From positions 1,831 to 65,830 of the forward strand of contig DZBP01000001.1 in the NCBI GenBank assembly GCA_022729915.1: 64,000 nucleotides of DNA, given 5' to 3'. The notes beneath the pieces were generated by a model that was given only the letters and a program-made list of their open reading frames with translations, was not told where the DNA came from and did no database searches. This DNA comes from Draconibacterium orientale. GTDB taxonomy: Bacteria > Bacteroidota > Bacteroidia > Bacteroidales > JAIFNL01. Every line of letters starts with the position of its first letter. The stretch's first letter is position 1. The translations under genes were made by a program, and so were the position numbers. Of the stretch, positions 1-7,946 are shown one piece after another.

Positions 1-764
1 GTGTGAGGAAAAATTCCAAAAACTGCAGAACCACTTCCACTCATCGAAGCATATTCTGCACCAAGTTCGTACAAACGAGTTTTAATCTTCTCTATTTCAG
101 GAAATTGTGCAAAAATCGATTGTTCAAAATCATTCTTTGCAAATTCTTTCCATTGGTAGGGTAATTTTGTAATAAGTTCATTTAGATTTACTTGTGGTTT
201 TTTTGGTACTATTCCTGCAAATGCTGCTTTGGTTGGAACATGAATTTGTGGCTTAATAATAACCAAAAAACTTTTAGGTAAAAATAAATTGATTTTTTCG
301 AGAATTTCTCCTTTACCAGTGGCAAATTGAGGCGTATTTTCGATAAAAAAAGGACAATCGCTGCCCAATTTTTCTGCATAAACTTTTAAATTTTCATTGG
401 TTAAGTTCAGATTAAACATTTCATTTAGCATTTTGAGCATAAATGAGGCATCTGATGAACCGCCTCCCAAGCCTGCTCCGGTTGGTATAACTTTATGTAA
501 ATGAACGCTTAATGCAGGTAAATTGAAATCTGATTTCAACAATTGGTAAGCTTTTAATACCAAATTATCTGAGTCTTTTCCATCAATTACAATCCCAGAT
601 GAAGAAAATTGTAAATGAGTAGAATCTTTAATTTCCACTATTTCAAGCACATCGTGCAAACCTATTACAGGCAAAAAAATGCTCTCTAAATTATGAAAAC
701 CATCGCTTCGCTTTTCGGTGATGTTTAGTCCGATATTTATTTTTGCGTTTGGAAAACTTATCAA
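1..764 (-). CDS. ispE: 4-diphosphocytidyl-2-C-methyl-D-erythritol kinase (IspE); C-terminal end cut by the window edge
   Basis: Not in the ORF track because it runs off the edge. The minus-strand frame from TTG at 764 reads LISFPNAKINIGLNITEKRSDGFHN. The same frame near positions 59-1 reads AEYASMSGSGSAVFGIFPH (GHMP-kinase MSGSGS motif). Both are typical of IspE. Confidence 0.7.
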   Translation of the reverse strand, partial: MISFPNAKINIGLNITEKRSDGFHNLESIFLPVIGLHDVLEIVEIKDSTHLQFSSSGIVIDGKDSDNLVLKAYQLLKSDFNLPALSVHLHKVIPTGAGLGGGSSDASFMLKMLNEMFNLNLTNENLKVYAEKLGSDCPFFIENTPQFATGKGEILEKINLFLPKSFLVIIKPQIHVPTKAAFAGIVPKKPQVNLNELITKLPYQWKEFAKNDFEQSIFAQFPEIEKIKTRLYELGAEYASMSGSGSAVFGIFPH

Positions 765-865
765 TGGATTAAAATTTAAGAAATTGTACAAAAAAAAATT
801 TGTTCAAAAATATCAATTTAGAGTGATATTTTCAAACAAACTTTCTAATTTTTTTGTATATTTTG

Positions 866-1783
866 CTATTTTTGGTTGATAAAATCAACGGCTCTCAAGG
901 CAGCAATTGTGCCATCAGCAACGGCAGTTGTTATTTGTCGTGTGCGAGTTACGCGCGCATCACCTGCTGCAAAAACCCCTTTTTGGCTAGTTTGCAAATT
1001 TTCATCTACAATAATTTCGCCCCATTGATTGAGATTAATTAATCCTTTAAATCTTTCTGTTTGAGGAACATAACCAATAAAAATAAAAACTCCGGCTATT
1101 GGCATTTCAGTAATGCTACCATTTTTTAAATTTTCTATTTTTACTGATTCTACTTTTTCATTACCCAAAAACTCGATAATTTTACTTTCCAGTAAAAAAT
1201 TAATTTTTGGATTTGCTTTTGCTTCGTCAATAGCGTGTTGGTAGCCTTGAAAATGGTCAAATTGATGTATAATTGTAACTTTTGAGGCATATTTTGTAAG
1301 CGAAACTGCTTCTTCAAGAGCAGAATTACCACCTCCTACAACAATAATTTCCATATTTTGGTAAAAATCACCATCGCAAGTAGCGCAATACGATATTCCT
1401 TTGCCCTTAAATTCATCTTCACCTGTAACATTGAGCGAGCGAGAGCGTCCACCGCTAGCTATGATGATACTTTTGGCTGTGAAAGTCTCTTTTGAATCAA
1501 TCTCAATGCTTTTTATTTCTCCTTCGAGCGAAATATTTGTAAGTGTAACTCCGGTTTTAATGTCGCAACCAAAAGTTTTTGCTTGTTTGCGCATTATTTT
1601 GCTAAGTTGGTAACCACTAATGCTTTCCACACCCGGATAATTTTCTATCTGGTGAGTTAAAACCATCTGTCCGCCCACACTTCCTTCGTTTACAATTAAT
1701 ACTTTGGCTTTGGCTCTTGCTGCGTAAATTCCTGCTGTTAAGCCACTTGGACCAGCACCAATTATAATTATGTCGTAATTCAT
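866..1783 (-). CDS. trxB: thioredoxin-disulfide reductase
   Basis: 305 aa. N-terminal FAD-binding IIIIGAGPSGLTAG, redox-active CATCDG, and a second dinucleotide motif VVGGGNSALEEA. Length and layout match a low-Mr TrxR. Confidence 0.93.
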   Translation of the reverse strand: MNYDIIIIGAGPSGLTAGIYAARAKAKVLIVNEGSVGGQMVLTHQIENYPGVESISGYQLSKIMRKQAKTFGCDIKTGVTLTNISLEGEIKSIEIDSKETFTAKSIIIASGGRSRSLNVTGEDEFKGKGISYCATCDGDFYQNMEIIVVGGGNSALEEAVSLTKYASKVTIIHQFDHFQGYQHAIDEAKANPKINFLLESKIIEFLGNEKVESVKIENLKNGSITEMPIAGVFIFIGYVPQTERFKGLINLNQWGEIIVDENLQTSQKGVFAAGDARVTRTRQITTAVADGTIAALRAVDFINQK

Positions 1784-1848
1784 GTTTCGTTATTAAAAAT
1801 AAAAAGCTTCCCAAAAGAACAACTTTTGGAAAGCTTTAATTTAAAAAA

Positions 1849-2193
1849 TTATGCAAATTTTTCATTTAAAATGCTAGTAATCTGAGCTTTCGATTGAATG
1901 CTGCTAGTTGCTTTCACAAGTTTTCCATTTTTGTAATATACTGTAAATGGTAAACCCATGAATGAAGAGCACTCAGGAGCATTTCTAATTACGTGAGCCT
2001 CAGGGCTATCAAAAGTCATGTCGTAAAATGTCACATGTGGATATTCGTCTTCCAAATCTTCCATAATGTCATATACTGGAATACACATCGGTCCCATACG
2101 TCCACAGCAAATCATTACGTTTTCATTGTTATTTACTACTTCATTGTGCTGAGCAGCAGTTGCAATATGCTTTAAATTTGTTCCTAATACCAT
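1849..2193 (-). CDS. thioredoxin-fold protein with a non-canonical CGRMGPMC motif; likely co-transcribed with trxB
   Basis: 114 aa, 65 nt upstream of trxB on the same strand. Thioredoxin-like length and a C-terminal GLPFTVYYKNGKLV (cis-Pro region). It has CCGRMGPMC where WCGPC is expected. Confidence 0.6.
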   Translation of the reverse strand: MVLGTNLKHIATAAQHNEVVNNNENVMICCGRMGPMCIPVYDIMEDLEDEYPHVTFYDMTFDSPEAHVIRNAPECSSFMGLPFTVYYKNGKLVKATSSIQSKAQITSILNEKFA

Positions 2194-2235
2194 TTTTAAT
2201 ACGTTTTAATATTAATATATCTAAATATTTAGATG

Positions 2236-2266
2236 CAAAGATATATCTTACTTTTTTCTTTGCAAA
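2236..2266 (-). promoter_or_regulatory. Bacteroidota-type promoter of the thioredoxin-like/trxB unit
   Basis: The minus strand reads TTTG (2266-2263), a 19-nt spacer, then TATCTTTG (2243-2236). This matches TTTG-N19-21-TAnnTTTG and lies about 43 nt upstream of the ATG at 2193. Confidence 0.5.
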
Positions 2267-2296
2267 ATTTATTTTCTTAATAAAAGTTAAGTAAAT

Positions 2297-2401
2297 AAGC
2301 ACCAGTGCTATTTTAATTTTAGTAAACCTTTTTGTAATCAAATAAATTTTAAGCACATGGCTAAATAAAATATACAATTTAATTTGGCTTACTACTTATA
2401 A
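2297..2401 (+). repeat. Intergenic element family, copy A (hairpin plus promoter-like module)
   Basis: Ungapped alignment with 45201-45305 gives 90/105 identical positions (hand count). It starts with hairpin AGCA-CCAG-TGCT followed by a T-rich run. It ends with ACAATTTAATTTGGCTTACTACTTATAA. Confidence 0.85.
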
Positions 2402-2427
2402 TATTTTAGTTTTCAATAATTTACTAA

Positions 2428-2446
2428 AAAAAGATATATTCTTTTT
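2428..2446 (-). terminator. Weak AT-only hairpin after the porQ-like gene
   Basis: AAAAAGA / TCTTTTT 7-bp stem with a 5-nt loop, starting 3 nt after the stop at 2449. T-rich on the minus strand. All pairs are A-T, so this is weak. Confidence 0.3.
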
Positions 2447-2448
2447 AA

Positions 2449-3480
2449 TTATTTACCAATTTTTGTGCTTAACGAAAAATGATTAGAAGCACCTGCTACA
2501 TGATAAGTAGCGCGCCCATAAGCAAGCTTGAAACGAGATAAATTTAGCCCAAAACCCCAAGAAAAGCCTGTCATTCCTCCAATTTGTTGTAATGAAAGCT
2601 CCATTCTGCGTTGGTGATTGTAGCTAAAGTTAAAATAAAAGCTTTCAAAGGGGACAAATTCAATTCCATAAACCAAATGACGTAACAAATTATCTGAAAA
2701 TTTACTTATTTCCGTCTTTTCTTTCGGTTCTTCGTTAAAAATATTCGATGTAGTTGATTCAAGAGGCGATTCAAAGCGCAAATTCCAATTTTCGAGATGA
2801 TTGTAAGTTATATTGAAGCGAAAAGGTGCATGTTCGAGCTCTTTTGTAATACCCAATTGTATTTCAAATGGTAATTTTTCGCGATTATTTTCTGTATAAG
2901 TAGTTAATTGAGTTCCAACATTTTTGATAACAAAAGCAATATTTGTAAAATGCTTTTTGTTTACATACAAAACTCCCGCATCGATGGCAAAACCAACAGA
3001 AGAGTAGTTTTCTAAATTTGACACAACTGGCTTAAAATTAACCCCATACGAAATAGAGTTGGTTAGTTTATTAGCCCAAATAAAATTGAAAGCATATTCA
3101 GCAGCTTTAAAATTGCTGAGTTTCTCACCAAATTCGTTGGCTTCGATAAATTCACCATAGTTAATATATTGAATACCAATAGATAAATTCCCAATTCTTT
3201 TAAATTTTCGAGCATAAGCCAAATAGCCGTAATTTATATCAGCAAAATAGTTTACATAGTTCAAAACCAAATTGTTGCGCATGGTATCCGAAAGCAAAGC
3301 CGGATTATGATAAGTCAGTGCTAAATCAACTTCATTCATAGAAATAACGTTTCCACCCAGTGAAGCCATTCGTGCTGAATTAGTAAGAGTAAGAAATTTA
3401 TATGTATGATTTCCACCTATTTGCGAAAAAACAAAAATTGGAAAAAGCATAAAAATTAAACAGATTTTATATTTGGTCAT
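2449..3480 (-). CDS. porQ: PorQ-like type IX secretion system outer-membrane beta-barrel protein
   Basis: 343 aa. It has a signal peptide, then GGNHTYKFLTLTNSARMASLGG, which resembles the conserved PorQ N-terminus as I recall it. Alternating beta-strand pattern throughout. Confidence 0.55.
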   Translation of the reverse strand: MTKYKICLIFMLFPIFVFSQIGGNHTYKFLTLTNSARMASLGGNVISMNEVDLALTYHNPALLSDTMRNNLVLNYVNYFADINYGYLAYARKFKRIGNLSIGIQYINYGEFIEANEFGEKLSNFKAAEYAFNFIWANKLTNSISYGVNFKPVVSNLENYSSVGFAIDAGVLYVNKKHFTNIAFVIKNVGTQLTTYTENNREKLPFEIQLGITKELEHAPFRFNITYNHLENWNLRFESPLESTTSNIFNEEPKEKTEISKFSDNLLRHLVYGIEFVPFESFYFNFSYNHQRRMELSLQQIGGMTGFSWGFGLNLSRFKLAYGRATYHVAGASNHFSLSTKIGK

Positions 3481-3495
3481 TTGTATTTACAAAAT

Positions 3496-3545
3496 TAATA
3501 AGTAGTGAACCAAAATTGAATGGATATATAATTTTTCTAAGTACT
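3496..3545 (-). repeat. Intergenic element family, partial diverged copy D (inverted); doubles as the porQ-like promoter region
   Basis: Positions 3496-3515 (TAATAAGTAGTGAACCAAAA) match the reverse complement of the copy B end in 17/20 positions. The CTTAG-N24-GG spacing is the same as in copies A-C. The -7-like CAATTTTG (minus strand, 3518-3511) lies about 30 nt upstream of the ATG at 3480. Confidence 0.5.
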
Positions 3546-3918
3546 TGAAAGTTATTAGAAAGCAAAATTCATTGTTGCTAATAAAAAGAACACCGATAGT
3601 TAAATTACATTATGCAAATTAATTAAAATAAATGCTTTTTACCAAATTAATATTTCAATGAATTTAAAAATGCAGATAGTTTTAATTTTTGCAAAAATGT
3701 ATGTTTTTTGTTTTTTTTATGATTTTAATATAAATCCTTAGGAATAAGTATTTTATTAAACTCTATTAGTGTAAATTTAACCTTATTTGTTTAAATTTTA
3801 AAATATTAAATTTTAAAATAAGTAAAATTTGTGAAATTGCAAATAAGAGTTTTAATTTGTATTTCAAAAATTGAATTTTAAAGCTTTACAAAATATAAAC
3901 AATATTTCGAAAATTCGT

Positions 3919-4833
3919 ATGGATTTTAATAAAATTTTAGCAGAAATTGCAGAGGAAACAAAATATTTACAAGGCAAGGGAAAGGTAGCCAATTATATAC
4001 CAGCTTTGGCTCAAGTAGATGGAAATCAGTTTGGTATGGCATTGTTAACTGCCGATGGCGAACTGTTTGAATATGGCGATTCGGCAGTAAATTTTTCATT
4101 GCAAAGTGTTTCAAAGGTTTTAACTTTAACCATTGCTTTTCGTGAAATAGGAACCGTAGTTTGGGAACGCGTTGGACGAGAACCTTCCGGAAATCCATTT
4201 AACTCATTGATACAGTTGGAGAAAGAGAAAGGAATTCCACGAAATCCATTTATCAACGCAGGTGCTTTGGTAATAAGTGATATTTTGTGTTCTGCACTTG
4301 AAAATCCGAAAGAATATTTATTGGATTTTGTTCAAAAAAGAGCTCAAAATCCTTTAATTAAGTACGATGAAGTGGTAGCAATTTCAGAAAAAGAACACGG
4401 ATATTTGAATGTGGCTTTGGCTAATTATATGAAAAGTTTTGGAAATATACATAACACTCCAGAGCAAATACTTGATTTGTATTTCAATCAGTGTTCGTTA
4501 TCAATGAATTGCAACGATTTAGTTAGGGTATTTTCCTTTATAGCAAATAGAGGTTTTGATTCTAATAATAAGGAGCGCATTTTATCACGAAGTCATTCAA
4601 AACGGCTAAGTTCGCTTATGCTAACTTGCGGAATGTACGACGAAAGCGGCGATTTTGCTTTTCGTGTAGGAATGTCGGGAAAAAGTGGAGTAGGAGGTGG
4701 GATTGTTGCCACAATTCCCGGAAAATTGACAATGGCGGTTTGGAGTCCTGAATTGAATAGTTTTGGAAATTCGCTAAGAGGAGTTATGGCATTGGAGCTT
4801 TTTACAACTAAAACAGGAATGTCAATTTTTTAA
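3919..4833 (+). CDS. glsA: glutaminase A
   Basis: GKVANYIPALAQVD, QSVSKVLTL (catalytic Ser-x-x-Lys) and GREPSGNPFNS are glutaminase hallmarks. The ORF track starts at TTG 3871. I prefer ATG 3919 (MDFNKILAEI...), which matches the usual N-terminus. Confidence 0.88.
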   Translation: MDFNKILAEIAEETKYLQGKGKVANYIPALAQVDGNQFGMALLTADGELFEYGDSAVNFSLQSVSKVLTLTIAFREIGTVVWERVGREPSGNPFNSLIQLEKEKGIPRNPFINAGALVISDILCSALENPKEYLLDFVQKRAQNPLIKYDEVVAISEKEHGYLNVALANYMKSFGNIHNTPEQILDLYFNQCSLSMNCNDLVRVFSFIANRGFDSNNKERILSRSHSKRLSSLMLTCGMYDESGDFAFRVGMSGKSGVGGGIVATIPGKLTMAVWSPELNSFGNSLRGVMALELFTTKTGMSIF

Positions 4834-4956
4834 TTTTAAGGTATTTAAAATTCCGATGTATCGTATTTCAGTATATAATATTTGGATTATTTTTTTTGAT
4901 AAATTAATAATTTAATACGAATTATTTTTGCTTTTTTAATAAAATTTTCTTTATAA

Positions 4957-6219
4957 ATGAAAGTATATAAATTTGGAGGTGCTTCGATAAAAGATGCTGC
5001 TTCGGTGCGAAATTTACTACCAATTGTTCGAAATTTTGATGAAAATCTGATAATTGTAATCTCTGCAATGGGTAAAATAACAGATGCATTGGTCGATTTA
5101 TCCGAAAGTTGGTTTTATGACAATGAAAATATTGAATTGATTGAAGAAAAACTTCAAAAAATTAAGAATTTCCATTTAGAAATTACAAATGAATTGATAA
5201 TTGATAAAAATAATCCCATTTTTAAAACAAATGAGAACGTTTTTACCTTTATTTTCTCAAAAATGATGAGTATGCCTTCGCTCGATTTTGATTTTGAATA
5301 TGACCAGATTGTTCCTTATGGCGAAATTTTATCTTCAGGGATTGTAAGTGCTTTTTTCAATCAAGAAGGAATTTCCAACCGCTGGGTAGATGTCGGTTCT
5401 TGCTTAAAAACAGAAAGTTACTTTCGTGATGCGCATGTAGATTGGGAATTGACTGATAAACTTTGCCACAAAGTTTTGAATTTTGAACGAGAGCAAATTT
5501 ATGTAACACAAGGGTTTGTAGGTTCAACAGTGCGCAATTTGCGAACTACTTTAGGACGTGAAGGTTCTGATTTTACAGCTGCTGTTCTTGCGTATGTACT
5601 TGATGCTGAAAGTGTAACAGTTTGGAAAGATGTAGAAGGTATTTTTAATGCTGACCCAAAATATTTTTCTAATCCAAAAAAATTAGACGCTATTTCGTAC
5701 CACGAAGCGATTGAATTAGCATATTATGGCGCAAATGTAATTCACCCTAAAACCTTGAAACCTCTTCAAAATAAGAATATTCCATTATTTGTTAAAACTT
5801 TTTTGAATTCTAATGCAAAAGGTACAGTAATTAAAAATTTTGATACGGTTTTAAAGTTTGTTCCAATTTATATTTTTAAAAGAAATCAAATTTTGGTGTC
5901 CATTTCACCGAAAAACTTTTCGTTTATTGTAGAAGAAAATATGAGTAGAATATTTTCAAAACTTGCCGAACTTCGTATTTCTGCCAACTTGATGCAAAAT
6001 TCAGCCATTAGTTTTTCTATTTGTGCCGATTACGATAAAATCAAGTTTGATTCGTTTATAAATAGTTTGAAAGAGGATTTTGTTGTTAAATATAATACTG
6101 ATTTAGAACTAATTACAATTAGACATTATACTAAAGAAGCCATTGATTCTCAGATAAAAAATAAAACTGTTTACATACAGCAGAAAAGCAGAAATACAGC
6201 TCGTTTTGTAGTGAAATAA
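4957..6219 (+). CDS. lysC: aspartate kinase (monofunctional)
   Basis: 420 aa. N-terminal KFGGASI kinase motif, an amino-acid kinase fold, and a C-terminal ACT-like region. Confidence 0.85.
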   Translation: MKVYKFGGASIKDAASVRNLLPIVRNFDENLIIVISAMGKITDALVDLSESWFYDNENIELIEEKLQKIKNFHLEITNELIIDKNNPIFKTNENVFTFIFSKMMSMPSLDFDFEYDQIVPYGEILSSGIVSAFFNQEGISNRWVDVGSCLKTESYFRDAHVDWELTDKLCHKVLNFEREQIYVTQGFVGSTVRNLRTTLGREGSDFTAAVLAYVLDAESVTVWKDVEGIFNADPKYFSNPKKLDAISYHEAIELAYYGANVIHPKTLKPLQNKNIPLFVKTFLNSNAKGTVIKNFDTVLKFVPIYIFKRNQILVSISPKNFSFIVEENMSRIFSKLAELRISANLMQNSAISFSICADYDKIKFDSFINSLKEDFVVKYNTDLELITIRHYTKEAIDSQIKNKTVYIQQKSRNTARFVVK

Positions 6220-6284
6220 TTTATTATTTTAAAATACTGATTATTAGAATTATATAAATTAAAATATTTTTTTAACAAAAAAAA

Positions 6285-6317
6285 TTTGCATAACTTAATT
6301 AAATGGTTTTATATTTG
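6285..6317 (+). promoter_or_regulatory. trp operon promoter (Bacteroidota -33/-7 type)
   Basis: TTTG at 6285-6288, a 21-nt spacer, then TATATTTG at 6310-6317 (TAnnTTTG). It lies about 20 nt upstream of the leader ATG. Confidence 0.55.
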
Positions 6318-6338
6318 CGAAACATAAAATAAAGAAAA

Positions 6339-6407
6339 ATGACAAATTTAGGTTTAAATATGAATTGGTGGCGCTTTCACGAAAATAAATTCGGTGAAAG
6401 GTACTAG
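6339..6407 (+). CDS. trp leader peptide with tandem Trp codons
   Basis: Encodes MTNLGLNMNWWRFHENKFGERY*. Adjacent TGG TGG codons at 6366-6371. An internal ATG at 6360 would give a 15-aa version. It lies between the promoter and a terminator directly upstream of trpE. Confidence 0.7.
   Translation: MTNLGLNMNWWRFHENKFGERY
6374..6400 (+). promoter_or_regulatory. Attenuator 1:2 hairpin (segment 2 can alternatively pair with the terminator loop and right arm)
   Basis: CTTTCAC(GAA)...(TTC)G-GTGAAAG gives 7+3 bp. The string TTTCACGA recurs at 6457-6464 inside the terminator and is also complementary to 6391-6399. Confidence 0.55.
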
Positions 6408-6442
6408 GCGTATGTAAACTTGACTTAATAAAATATAGCAAG

Positions 6443-6484
6443 AACGGCTTATCGAATTTCACGATAAGCCGTTTTATTTTTTTT
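6443..6484 (+). terminator. trp attenuator intrinsic terminator
   Basis: 12-bp stem AACGGCTTATCG / CGATAAGCCGTT (6443-6454 / 6462-6473) with a 7-nt loop, followed by TTTTATTTTTTTT. It lies 25 nt upstream of the trpE ATG. Confidence 0.8.
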
Positions 6485-6508
6485 AGAAAATTTGAAAAAG
6501 ATAAAAAC

Positions 6509-7906
6509 ATGGAAAGATTTAAATTTAAAAGTAACAGTAAAAAACTTTTGGCGGATATATTAACGCCTGTAAGTTTGTATTTAAAAATAAGAGATGTATT
6601 TCCCAATTCAATTTTGTTGGAAAGTTCTGATTATCATAGCTCTGATAATAGTTTTTCGTACATTTGCTTTCAGCCTTTGGCTAGTTTTAAATTAGAAAAA
6701 AATAGAATAAGTGAGATTTACCCAACTGGCGAAAGCCAAGAGTACGATATAGAAAAATATACTGCAAGTAAAAAACTATATGATTTTATTAAAAAATTTA
6801 ACGTTGAAGATTCCGAAAACAAAGTAAACGGTTTTTTTGGATACACATCATACAATGCAATTCAACATTTCGACACGTTGAAAATTAATTCTAAAGCACT
6901 TGAAAACAATGAAATACCTGATATATTTTACTCGTTTTACAAATATATAATTGGTGTGAATCATTATAAAAACGAGCTTGAACTTACCGAAAACTTATTG
7001 CCTAATGAAGATTCGAGACTTTCTGAAATTATAGAACTTATTCAAAATAAGAAATTTACAAGTTATTACTTTAAAAAAATAGAAGACGAAAAAACTAGCA
7101 TTTCCCCTGAATTTTATTTAAAAATGGTAGCAAAAGCGAGAGAGCATTGCAAACGTGGCGATGTTTTTCAATTAGTACTTTCGAGGGGGTTTTATCAACA
7201 GTATAAAGGCGATGATTTCAATGTTTACAGGGCTTTGCGAAGTATAAATCCATCTCCTTATTTATTTTATTTTGATTTTGGCTCCTTTAAATTGTTTGGT
7301 TCATCACCTGAGGCACAAATCACAATTTTTAATCAAAAGGCTAGCATTCACCCTATTGCAGGTACATTTAAGCGAACAGGCAACGATAAAGCCGATAAAG
7401 AATTGGCAATTGAACTATCGAAAGATCCAAAAGAAAATGCAGAACACACAATGCTTGTTGATTTGGCTCGTAATGATTTAAGCCGCAATGCAAAAGGAAT
7501 TGAAGTGGAAGTTTACAAAGAAGTACAATTTTATAGTCACGTAATTCATTTAGTATCAAAGGTTAGCGGTTATTTACAAGAAGGTGCAAATCCAATTCAA
7601 ATACTCGCTGATACTTTTCCTGCCGGAACTTTAACGGGTGCTCCTAAATATAAAGCCATGCAATTGATAGATTCGATAGAAGCCAACAACAGAGGATTTT
7701 ATGGAGGTTGCATTGGTTATATTGGATTAAACGGAAGTATAAATCATGCAATTTTAATCCGTTCGTTTATGAGTAAAAATAATACACTTTTTTATAGAGC
7801 AGGTGCCGGAATTGTCGAAAAATCAATTGAAGAAAATGAATTGGCTGAGGTTGATAATAAAATTGGAGCCTTACGAGCTGCATTGGAATTAGCAGAAAAC
7901 ATATAA
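6509..7906 (+). CDS. trpE: anthranilate synthase component I
   Basis: 465 aa. LLESS near the N-terminus and a chorismate-binding C-terminal domain (GTLTGAPK, GGCIGY). First gene of a canonical trp operon. Confidence 0.93.
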   Translation: MERFKFKSNSKKLLADILTPVSLYLKIRDVFPNSILLESSDYHSSDNSFSYICFQPLASFKLEKNRISEIYPTGESQEYDIEKYTASKKLYDFIKKFNVEDSENKVNGFFGYTSYNAIQHFDTLKINSKALENNEIPDIFYSFYKYIIGVNHYKNELELTENLLPNEDSRLSEIIELIQNKKFTSYYFKKIEDEKTSISPEFYLKMVAKAREHCKRGDVFQLVLSRGFYQQYKGDDFNVYRALRSINPSPYLFYFDFGSFKLFGSSPEAQITIFNQKASIHPIAGTFKRTGNDKADKELAIELSKDPKENAEHTMLVDLARNDLSRNAKGIEVEVYKEVQFYSHVIHLVSKVSGYLQEGANPIQILADTFPAGTLTGAPKYKAMQLIDSIEANNRGFYGGCIGYIGLNGSINHAILIRSFMSKNNTLFYRAGAGIVEKSIEENELAEVDNKIGALRAALELAENI

Positions 7907-7946
7907 TTTGTTAGATTATTAATTTTATATTATAAAATTTTAAGAT

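Noticed and set aside
2141-2377. A 78-aa minus-strand ORF covering the trx-like promoter and part of repeat copy A. A similar 70-aa ORF at 52001-52213 covers copy C.
   Set aside because: Both are Lys/Ile/Leu/Phe-rich translations of intergenic AT-rich DNA. The nucleotide-level conservation between the copies is not in a consistent reading frame.
2297-3545. The idea that the inverted element copies A and D form an invertible (phase-variable) porQ-like segment.
   Set aside because: The shared inverted identity is short and imperfect (about 17/20 at the ends). No site-specific recombinase is encoded nearby. Inversion would not uncouple the gene from D, which lies outside as the promoter. I keep it only as a low-probability check.
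4834-4956. A lysine riboswitch or other leader upstream of aspartate kinase.
   Set aside because: The gap is only about 120 nt of nearly pure A/T with no GC-containing helices. It cannot accommodate an L-box.
6295-6606. A 103-aa minus-strand ORF spanning the trp promoter, leader, terminator and the first 100 nt of trpE.
   Set aside because: Its composition is low-complexity and Leu/Phe/Lys-rich, typical of AT-rich antisense translation. It overlaps a well-supported regulatory region and the trpE start, and no motif is recognisable.
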